A program made the position numbers and the translations under genes. From assembly GCA_018819225.1 (NCBI GenBank), contig JAHJQN010000007.1:32001-96000 (forward strand): 64,000 bases of DNA, in the 5' to 3' direction. Shown here piece by piece: positions 37,695 through 46,500 of the stretch. Under the pieces are notes generated by a model. It did no database searches and was not told where the DNA came from. It saw nothing but the letters and a program-made list of their open reading frames with translations. Position 1 is the first letter of the stretch; every line of letters starts with the position of its first letter. The stretch comes from Candidatus Micrarchaeota archaeon (GTDB lineage Archaea > Micrarchaeota > Micrarchaeia > Norongarragalinales > SBBD01).

Positions 37695-38403
37695 CGCATC
37701 ACGTGATGCATTAGGGTTTGGTTTGAATGTACTATCTCCTCCAGAGGACCTAGATCTGGACGATCACGCTGCTGCCTTGCTTCGAGATAACAACTGGCTC
37801 TTGCGGCATCCTTGCCAACAACGAATCAATTTCCTTATACGACAAGCCACTTACATCAAGCCTCATAACAACCACCTACACGCATCGAAAGCGGATGAAA
37901 GGATATATGGGGTGTTGAGCACGTGATTTCCAGTAGTGCAACACATGATGCATAAATATTTTAGGTGGTTTAGCGTTTGATAATATAGATAAATAATTCG
38001 TTAAGATGACTGTGAAAAATCGGCGTTGTTGTTGTTTGTTTATTGTAAAAGTAGAATTATTATATTATTATAATGCGTCACGTGAAGCGTATGAATTTAT
38101 TATGAGTTAACATTCGTGCAATACCTGAGACAATGGGTGTTTTCTAGTGCTTCAGGTGATGCACCAATATTAAATTCAGTGCTTCACCTGTTGCGTGTAT
38201 GTTAAATCAAATGCTTCACGTGCTGCAGTTTGTTTTCATAATCCTTCAATTTACCCGATACATAGAGATGGTTGCCCGATCATTATGGTGTTAGGATAGC
38301 TAAATAGTTCAGATAGGATTATGGGTTTGTTTATGTATGTATTTGGTTTTTGTTTCTCCAAGTCACCTAAACAACTATTTACTTTAGTGCGTCACGTGTG
38401 GCA
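37695..38403. repeat. Array of ~9 parS-like 16-bp palindromes (TGC-N2-CACGTG-N2-GCA) in an AT-rich intergenic region; candidate origin/centromere-like locus
   Basis: Copies start at 37695, 37915, 37937, 38074, 38117 (degenerate), 38148, 38180, 38212 and 38388; AT-rich core 37953-38073. The repeat is directly visible; its function is inferred. Confidence 0.8.
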
Positions 38404-40059
38404 CTAGAAGTCCAATATATTCTTCTGATTCCCCACAATCAACTCCTCTTGCTCTTCGACTCCAATCTGCTCTTTATTCCCTATACTTTTCAACTCCTTT
38501 CTCAACTCATGCAATGTACTTCTCATCTTCTTCTCCCGTTGTTTCGAAATCCAGAAGAACGCCTCATCCTTACTTTTTCGCGTGATCAATACTATGGTGT
38601 TTCCTTCCCGAACCCTACCCGTTCTACCACGACGTTGTATCGCCCGAATTTCTGACGGCACGGCCTCAAAAAAGACCACGAGATCAACGGACGGAACATC
38701 AATTCCTTCCTCCGCCACCGACGTTGCCACCAACACATTGAACGATTTCGATTTAAACTCTTGCAACACCTGCGCCTGTTTTTTTTGGTTCATTCCCTCC
38801 TTACTTTTCCCAACAAACGCCTTTGCTTTCACGCCCGCAAATTGATTCAATTCCTCCACAATTTTCGTAACTGTATTGCGGTAGTGCGCGAACACGATAA
38901 CACTCTTTCCTTCCTGCACCGCATCCGATACCACTCCTTTCAACCTCCGGAACTTCGGGTGTTCCACTCCTTGCTTCCTCAATTCCTCGCACTTGATTCC
39001 AATTAATTTCCACCTAAAGTCCTGAAGCAATCCCTTCACTGCCTTGCTTTTCTGTTTCCTCTTCCCCATTTCCTGCATGAACCCCCACAATGCGTGAATA
39101 CCTTCTGTTTCCAACAAATCCAGCGCGTGGCTCACATTCATGGCTCTCGCTTGAACACTCAGCGCCCGATAACCTTCTGGTCGCATCGTAGACAGCTCCA
39201 ACGCCTTCCTCCGCGCATCCAACAACGCTCGCTTGTGCCGCTTTAAATCCGTGCTGTCCACGACCTCCAATTCCAACAACTCCGCTAACGCATCCTTCAA
39301 CAACTCCTCCAACACGCTCTTAATATCCATGAACGCCTTCGGCAACTCCACAAAAATCCAATCCAGTTTGACGGGCTTCGCGTATCCCTGCACATCCTTA
39401 TCGTTCTCATCCCGCACTTCAATATTCGCGATATTCAAATTCGTACAAATCTCTTGAATGACTTCTCGTTTGGAAGACGGGCTCGCGGTCAACCCCAAAA
39501 TAAACGCATGCTGTTTCGCTGCCTCTTTCGCTAGAAACGCGTACGAGTGCTCTTTCACCGCCCGATGCACTTCGTCAAACACAACGAGTCTGAACGCCTC
39601 CATTGAAACCCGTCCCGCCAACAAATCATATTCAACTGTTTGCGGTGTCGCACACACGATTTCCAAGATCGGGTTCGCCCACAACCTCTCTCTCAATGCC
39701 GGTTCCGTCTCCCCACTCAACACCATCACTTCCGTTGCCTCTTCCTTTCCCCAGTTAATCCGCGTTCCTTCAAACTCCAGCCATTCACGCAATCGCTGGC
39801 TTTGCTGAAGAGCCAGTGGCTTCGTAGGCGTCAAAAACAATATCTTTTTCTTTTTCCCTAAGCTCGAACGCTCCTCTTTCAAAAACTTGGCAATCACAAA
39901 CGCGGCCACATACGTTTTCCCTAACGCCGTCGGCATGATCACTAACGAGTTTCCATTCCTCAACACGCGCTCCGCCATCTCCACCTGGTATCCTCTCAAC
40001 TCTACTTGACCCGGCTTCAACGCCAGTTGCTTCAAAAAATCCGCGTATTTTTCCTTCAT
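38404..40059 (-). CDS. hef: Hef/FANCM-type SF2 helicase lacking the nuclease domain
   Basis: RGYQ, MPTALGKT, PTKPL, DEVH, GLTASP, HPK, ATSVAEEGIDVP, QRRGRTGR; ends QKNILDF (PIP-like). Confidence 0.93.
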   Translation of the reverse strand: MKEKYADFLKQLALKPGQVELRGYQVEMAERVLRNGNSLVIMPTALGKTYVAAFVIAKFLKEERSSLGKKKKILFLTPTKPLALQQSQRLREWLEFEGTRINWGKEEATEVMVLSGETEPALRERLWANPILEIVCATPQTVEYDLLAGRVSMEAFRLVVFDEVHRAVKEHSYAFLAKEAAKQHAFILGLTASPSSKREVIQEICTNLNIANIEVRDENDKDVQGYAKPVKLDWIFVELPKAFMDIKSVLEELLKDALAELLELEVVDSTDLKRHKRALLDARRKALELSTMRPEGYRALSVQARAMNVSHALDLLETEGIHALWGFMQEMGKRKQKSKAVKGLLQDFRWKLIGIKCEELRKQGVEHPKFRRLKGVVSDAVQEGKSVIVFAHYRNTVTKIVEELNQFAGVKAKAFVGKSKEGMNQKKQAQVLQEFKSKSFNVLVATSVAEEGIDVPSVDLVVFFEAVPSEIRAIQRRGRTGRVREGNTIVLITRKSKDEAFFWISKQREKKMRSTLHELRKELKSIGNKEQIGVEEQEELIVGNQKNILDF

Positions 40060-40191
40060 GCTCTTTACTCCTTTTTTCTCGTTAATAGGGCTTTCTCCAC
40101 CCCCACTTCCTCAAAACACAAGCATTATAAACCCCGCTTTCGCTCAATCTAATCGTTTCTTCGGTTTTTATGTGATTTAGGGGGGTTTTTC

Positions 40192-40392
40192 ATACCGGAT
40201 TTGCCTTTAGCGGCCATAGAGCGCTTAATTCGTCGAGCGGGAGCCGAACGCGTTTCTGAAGATGCGTCGGAAGCCCTTGCCGACATTCTTGAAGAATACG
40301 CTTTGGATGTCTCTCAAAAAGCCGTTCTTCTCGCAAAACACGCTGGCCGAAAAACCATTACTGCAGAAGATATCCGTTTAGCCGGTCGGTAA
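40192..40392 (+). CDS. Archaeal histone (HMf type); probable ATA start at 40192
   Basis: (M)PDLPLAAIERLIRRAGAERVS..A..AKHAGRKTITAEDI. Confidence 0.95.
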   Translation: MPDLPLAAIERLIRRAGAERVSEDASEALADILEEYALDVSQKAVLLAKHAGRKTITAEDIRLAGR

Positions 40393-40398
40393 ACTAGC

Positions 40399-41172
40399 TT
40401 ATTCTTCCCGCAGGTCGCCGTAGATAATCCGGTGCACCCAATCCATGACACCGAATTTCTCCTTATAGTCCACGCCCATAATTTCCGCCGCAATTTTCTT
40501 GAAACCAATGGCCGCCGGACTCTTGGGGAACGCGGTTACCACCGGCTGCGCCATCAGCGCGGCAGTCGGAACGGCGGGATCCTCGGGAATCTTGCGAATC
40601 GGGTGATCTCCGATAATATCCCGAATCTCTTCCTCGTTCGGCTCGCCTGCATACCGTCCCACCCGGTTCAAAACAACGGCCGCAACCTCTACTCCGATGC
40701 TTTCCGCCATTTGAATCGTTTTATATGACGCGGACAGTGCCGGCAGTTCCGGATTGGTTACCACGAACATGTGGTCCGCGCTTCTCGCCGCCGAAATGAA
40801 TTCGGCTCCCAAACCCGGCGCCGAATCAATAATGAGCGTGGTTTTGCGCTTCTTCAACTGCTTCAATACTCTCGTAAAATCATCTTGCGTAATTCCTCCC
40901 AACGAATTCAGATTGATGTTCGCGGGGATGACTTTCAACCCGCTTTCATGCTCGTACGTCGCATCCTCCACACTCGACTTCCCCCGAATCACGTCATTCA
41001 ATGTATTCGTTTCGAACGGAACCGAGAAATACAGTGAAATATCCGGCACCGGCAAATTCCCGTCGACTATCGTCACGTCGCCTCCAAATTGCGATAAAGC
41101 GGTTCCCAGGTTAATGACGGTTTGCGTCTTTCCCACGCCTCCTTTACCCGAACTGACGATGAATGAAGCCAT
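40399..41172 (-). CDS. minD: MinD/ParA-family ATPase (archaeal MinD-like)
   Basis: Deviant Walker A GKGGVGKT, IIDSAPG, VVTNPE, VLNR, IPED, P.SPAA; amphipathic C-terminus. Confidence 0.9.
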   Translation of the reverse strand: MASFIVSSGKGGVGKTQTVINLGTALSQFGGDVTIVDGNLPVPDISLYFSVPFETNTLNDVIRGKSSVEDATYEHESGLKVIPANINLNSLGGITQDDFTRVLKQLKKRKTTLIIDSAPGLGAEFISAARSADHMFVVTNPELPALSASYKTIQMAESIGVEVAAVVLNRVGRYAGEPNEEEIRDIIGDHPIRKIPEDPAVPTAALMAQPVVTAFPKSPAAIGFKKIAAEIMGVDYKEKFGVMDWVHRIIYGDLREE

Positions 41173-41173
41173 G

Positions 41174-41428
41174 TTATTCGTCCCATCCCCGTTTCCAACG
41201 CATGATTTTAATCCGGTCCACTAGATTATTTTTTGGGATGCGCCGGTATATCCGGCTACGTCTTCCCACGCCAAAAATGCCCGCGAACGGTTTCTTTTTT
41301 ATTCTCTTGGAAGCCCGTCGCTTGATATTCTTTCTCGTCTTCTTTCCTCGTTTGACGACGCGCTTCACGCGGTGCGAAACACGTCTCGCAATTTGCCTCA
41401 CGGTTTTTTGGCTTCGCGTTCTTGCCAT
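41174..41428 (-). CDS. Small, very Arg/Lys-rich protein immediately upstream of minD
   Basis: 84 aa, stop 1 bp before the minD ATG, TTTATATT box upstream. Confidence 0.6.
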   Translation of the reverse strand: MARTRSQKTVRQIARRVSHRVKRVVKRGKKTRKNIKRRASKRIKKKPFAGIFGVGRRSRIYRRIPKNNLVDRIKIMRWKRGWDE

Positions 41429-41554
41429 GAATGCGTTTCACTATGCCCCTTTCGATTACCTCTTATCACTTCCCTCCAATATAAAGCTAACGCTGCCTCG
41501 TCATTAAAAAACAATAAAAGATAAAGAAACAAAGGGGAAGGCGTTACCCGTTCG

Positions 41555-43297
41555 TTACCTTCCCCTGCTCTTCATTTTAATTTTCTTCTTGCGCTTTCCG
41601 TGGAAGAACCACGCGCTCGCCACCGCAACCGCTCCCACGGCCGCGAGCATGAACGCGAAACTAAAGCTTTTCTTCCCGTTCTTGATTTCCGCGATTTCCG
41701 CTCGCGCTTGTTGGATCGCATTCACGGCTTCCTGCGGGTTGCTGGCAGCCATCGAACGCGTTCGCGCGGCGAGTTGCTCGTACGGCGTCTTCTCTTCCAT
41801 GTTTCCTAGTCCCTGAATTTCTTGTTCGAGCTCGTTTTGTACTGTTGAAGCCAACACGCTCCATCCGCCTGCTCCTTGTTGCATGTACTTCTTCGGCGTG
41901 GTCACCATCAACGGGCTTCCGCCGCTCGATGGTTTTCGGCAATTGAATTCCGCGATATCGAAGTTGTTCGTCTCATCCGATTCTTCGATTATCTGGGTGG
42001 TGTCGGCGGTTGCATTGACATAATACGTTCCTACTCCCGGACACCGGAACGCGTACGTATTCAATTCCGCGCCGACTAAGGGTTCTAGTGGGGGGATCTC
42101 CCAGAAATAAAATTCCAACTGTTGAGTTCCCTGGCCTAATGCCGACATGGTGAAACTCGTATCAGAAGCACCTTCCCCGTTATTTCGGGTGTTAATGCTA
42201 ATTGTTATGGTTTCTCCCACGTACGGATTGCTTTTACTAATACCGACATACGCCACCAAGTCGGGAAGCAGTTCCTCGTAAGAATAGACTCCCGTCCAAG
42301 CATACGCTTCTTGACCAAACGCGCCTGGGAATACGTTGCCTGTTGATACGTTTACGCCTTCCAGAATTGTCCACTTATATTCCTCGTTAACGACAACTCC
42401 GACGTACTGGCCTTGCGGGTTGTATACTTGATACATCGCACTTTCCCCGGATCCATTTCCTCCGGATCCGCTAATATCCACCAAAACCACTTGATAGTCG
42501 TTATCTGCAAATACTTGGTCTTGTATGAACAACTGGTACCAGCCATCTCCATAATGCGTATGATTTTGTCCCGAAGAGCACTCTACGCTTCCGTAAACGA
42601 AGTTGTTCGTTTCGTCGGATTCATTGACTTCAGTCCATGCATCTACCGTTACATTCACTCCGTACGTTCCCTCTTCGAGACAGGTAAAGTTATATGAGTT
42701 GTTTTGCCCTGCTCCCGGATTCAATGACGGGACGCTAAACAAGTGGGGGTGCCCATTTTGTTCAACGGAAAGCGTGTGGCTGGCTCCCGAAGCCCCTTCT
42801 CCGAGATTGCGGGTTAAAACATATGCGATAACCGTTTCTCCCACTATTGGGTTTGATTTACTAAACCCTAAATCCGGCACCAAGTCCGCCAGAGGTGCTC
42901 CTTGCGGGCCCGTGCAATTCAACGCAACTTGTCGATAATTATTTTGTTCTTGTGATTCTACCACTTCATTGAAGATATCCGCTTTAGCGCCAATCCAGAC
43001 GATTCCGGTTTGGTTACACGTATACGTTGAAGTATTCGTATTGTTTTGCCCGCTTATCAGTCCGTTGATTCGGAAATCTTGAATGGTCCCAAAATTCGAA
43101 TAGAGCCGCGTCGTGGATTGGCTCGCCCACGTGGTCCCGTTGTTTTCCGTTGTTACCCAGATGGTAACGGGTTCTCCAACCGGCGCCTCGTTCATGCTTA
43201 GACGCATATCCGAGACCACTAAATCCGGTTCCGCGCTGACGGATGCCGTTAACATCGTCATAATTAGGGTTCCTACAAACAGGCTCAACAAACGCAT
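41555..43297 (-). CDS. Surface protein with three CARDB domains and C-terminal TM anchor
   Basis: Three [PA]DLV...N.G...V.ES.E.NN units; signal peptide; TM + basic tail; AGGTGA SD. Confidence 0.88.
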   Translation of the reverse strand: MRLLSLFVGTLIMTMLTASVSAEPDLVVSDMRLSMNEAPVGEPVTIWVTTENNGTTWASQSTTRLYSNFGTIQDFRINGLISGQNNTNTSTYTCNQTGIVWIGAKADIFNEVVESQEQNNYRQVALNCTGPQGAPLADLVPDLGFSKSNPIVGETVIAYVLTRNLGEGASGASHTLSVEQNGHPHLFSVPSLNPGAGQNNSYNFTCLEEGTYGVNVTVDAWTEVNESDETNNFVYGSVECSSGQNHTHYGDGWYQLFIQDQVFADNDYQVVLVDISGSGGNGSGESAMYQVYNPQGQYVGVVVNEEYKWTILEGVNVSTGNVFPGAFGQEAYAWTGVYSYEELLPDLVAYVGISKSNPYVGETITISINTRNNGEGASDTSFTMSALGQGTQQLEFYFWEIPPLEPLVGAELNTYAFRCPGVGTYYVNATADTTQIIEESDETNNFDIAEFNCRKPSSGGSPLMVTTPKKYMQQGAGGWSVLASTVQNELEQEIQGLGNMEEKTPYEQLAARTRSMAASNPQEAVNAIQQARAEIAEIKNGKKSFSFAFMLAAVGAVAVASAWFFHGKRKKKIKMKSRGR

Positions 43298-43409
43298 GCG
43301 ATCACCTTTCTTGTGAAACTGGGTTAATTCAATGCTTTTTAATCCTATTTAAACTTATTTAATTTCGTTTCATTCGATTTAATAAGTTATTTTTCCTCGA
43401 TGTTTTCAC

Positions 43410-43482
43410 GGGCCTGTAGTCGAGTGGTTAAGACGTCGCTTTTACACAGCGAAGATCCGGAGTTCGATTCTCCGCGGGCCCA
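43410..43482 (+). tRNA. tRNA-Val(TAC), no intron
   Basis: GGGCCTG/CGGGCCC-A; TCGCT-TTTACAC-AGCGA; CGGAG-TTCGATT-CTCCG. Confidence 0.96.
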
Positions 43483-43558
43483 TTAACGTTGCATTATTTT
43501 TCGTTGAAGTCAATTCGTCGAAAAGAATTCAATGCACGCCTTCGATGTTTGATGGGGT

Positions 43559-46500
43559 TTACGCTTGCTCGTTCTCCGTTGCCTGCGTTCCATCCTCTGG
43601 GCTTCCCTCTTCTTGCGCTTCCCGTGACTCATCCGTTTTATTAGACGAATGCATCGTCGAGGAATAGTAGACGGCGCCTGCAATGATGGCGAGTGCTGCA
43701 AATCCAGCCAACCATACGTTGAAAGACGCCTTATTTTGACGCGCTTTCGCGAGCAAGACCGTCACTTTCTCTTTCGCTTTCATCCACAACGTCTTCGCTT
43801 CTTCTTTTTGCCCCGATTCCTCCAAGTCCTTTGCCTGCGTAATCATTTGGTGCGCTTCCTGCGTTTCAATATCCTCCGATGGAAGCTCAAGCAATGCGGC
43901 CTCAACTTCTTCGTTTGTCAAAGGCACTTCCACGAAAACAATGGGTGTTTCCGGAGTGGGTGACGGCTTTAGCGTTGCGGTAACTTCGGGTGTTGGCGTC
44001 CAGTACGCGCCTCCTCCGTTACCATTTCCTCCTCCGGGATTAGGAGGTTGTGTTACGATCGGGGTCGGGGACGCGCTAGGTGTTGGGGATGCCGTTGGAC
44101 TCGGCGTAGGCGACGGAATAACGCACTCGCCAACGCAACAGCGATCGGAATCCCCTGACGGCACCCAATTCCCGTTGCATTGCTCGTTCGAGCCGCACTC
44201 ATTTCCTCCTTGCTCCTCGCAAGTCGGCAATGGGACGCTCGTAATGATGAACGTTCCTCCCCCGTCACTACCGAAACCCAATACGTTGGACTTACCGAGA
44301 ACCACTATTCCTGCTTGCAGAACGTTTCCGTCGCGCGAAACCGAGTACACTCCGGGTGAGAGGTCGGCGACGAAGTGTTTGATTTGTCCGATGCCGCCTG
44401 GAAGCGTGTATGCCGCTGAAGAGTATAACCTTTCCTGCTTTCCGAACAACGCTGCGTACCGCGTGTTCTGGCTCGTGACCTGCACTCCCGCGAACTCGGT
44501 CGCGTCAATGGGTTCGACGCTCGAAGGAGCAGCAGCCATATCCGTTGGTTCGAGGACGGATAGAAATACTTCTTCCTCGTTGCTTTGCTCTGGCTCCACC
44601 TCAATTCTCCACAAGCCAGGTATTCCATCCTCCCATGCCAGTTCCCCCCACCCACTAACACTGGTCGTGAGGTTCATCGCATAATTTGTTTCACTTTCTC
44701 GGAAGTAATAGTCGAAGGACTCGTCCGAGTCGAATCGCACGCGGACGATTTCCGTTCCCTCGGGGTAGCTCGACGATCCCAGCGCGTGCTTGAATGTTAC
44801 GCTTCCGGTTCCCACGCTTTCAACTCTACGCACTTGCGTGTTTTGTACGGCTTGATCGAGGTAACTAAACAGGATCGTGTCGCCGGCCTGAACGTTTTGC
44901 GTGGAGTTGACTTGAATGGTCAGCATTCCTCCGGAGGCAGGCGCCATCAAACGCATTGCGGTCTCGGGTCGGCCGTCATATCCTCCGACGCGGAGTAATC
45001 TGCGCTGCAGGGGGAAGATAACATGCGTATACAACCTACTGGCTCCGACATCCCAGTACGTCCCTGACGCGCTCGTCGACCATTCGCCTGGCGTTCCTCC
45101 TCGGGCTCCGGGATGCGCGGGCGTTCCTCCATTGAATGTTCCATCGATCAATTCCGGGGATTCCAGGGAACGCGAGTGGAGAACAAAACTCTTTTTGAAC
45201 GACGGGTCCGCGACCTTTACCCGGTCAAGAATTGCGAGGTAGGCGTCTCCCAGCATGACGAACTGCCTAGTTGAGTAATTGACTGCCCATCCCAGAGGCC
45301 ATCCTCCTGGTCCGTCCACGGAATACGGCCAGTTGGGGTAGCTAAACGTCGTATTCATAAACACGTACCCGTAGTCCCCGCGGCTATCCGAGAATCGTTC
45401 GACGCCTCCATTCCAACACTTCATGTTCAAACGGTCTTCCAGAAACTGGTTTCCGCATCGGCGAGTCGACGGACTCGGCGGCACGTCGTAGTCGTGAAAC
45501 TGGATTCCTTCGCGAGCCATGTTGGTGTTTCCGCCGACGGGATACGCGGACTGCGGGTCAGCGATCAGCATGGTGTTGAAGGCGATACTCTTCGAATTGA
45601 AGAATTTGTTGTGCGGCGTGGACGTGTGTTCGTAAAAGCCGGCGGAAGTCGTCAATGCGTCCACTCCCCGGAATACCGCGAAGTGTCCGGTGTTCCAGCC
45701 GTGGTCGTGTCCTCCTGAGAACGGTCCGCCGAAAACGGGGACGAGGAGCGAGTCCGCAGTCATTGCTCCGAATTGGAAGTCGGAGCGCAGAAAAGAAAAC
45801 TTGGAGGAATCCAAATCCGCATGCGTCAAATCGCCTAAATGGAGCGCGTGCTCCAGCGCCTGGTCCGGGTCCTCGCGAGAAAGCATCTTATCCAAAAATA
45901 CGATATAGCGCCATCCGTCGCTTTTGAACTTCTCGTACTGGCCGCCTTGTGCTTCAGGCATCAACGCCTTGTCAACAAACCATAACGCCCATCCTTGATT
46001 GAACGCCGTGCCGTACATGCCTGCCAGCATCACGTAATCCCGGAGAATGTATCCGAATGATTCCCCGTCCCCGGTCTGGTCCGAGGAGCGAAAGTCATCG
46101 CGCGCGGAATACACGGTCCACCGGGCCACGTTTCGGAAATGGTTGGGAGCCAAGTCGAAGAAATTCGTATTCAATGCAATGGAGTTGAATGCGAACGCCA
46201 AGTCCCCGTCCTGAAGCCCTGACCGGTGCAAGTACCCGCTATATCCCCCGTAGTTGATCGCATCAAGCACCCTCAAATCCTCCATCTTGTAATTGTACGA
46301 GTCAATGAGAAGGTTAACGAACGCCTGGTCCGTGTCTATCCCCGCATCTTCATACAACAGCAAGGACATCAACAATACGGGGTTGCATGCTTGTCCGCCG
46401 GTCGACCCGAAATGCGATCCGGGTTTGTCGCACTGCCCATTTCCCTCGTTATAAAAATCGTTTTCAGCACGCAGCCAAGCCGCATACTCTTCCAACAAAC

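Noticed and set aside
37723-37926. 67-aa ORF within the palindrome region
   Set aside because: TTG start, no SD or motif, overlaps a repeat copy; treated as non-coding.
37926-37936. Canonical ORB element (ATTTCCAGTAG)
   Set aside because: Single partial match, no G-string, no adjacent orc1/cdc6.
38052-38207. dif site (TATGTTAAAT resembles the XerD arm)
   Set aside because: No matching partner arm at 6-bp spacing; the sequence is part of the repeated spacer.
38117-38227. 32-bp periodic repeats as a CRISPR array
   Set aside because: Only 3-4 units, 16-bp imperfect repeats, 16-bp spacers that resemble each other, and no cas genes.
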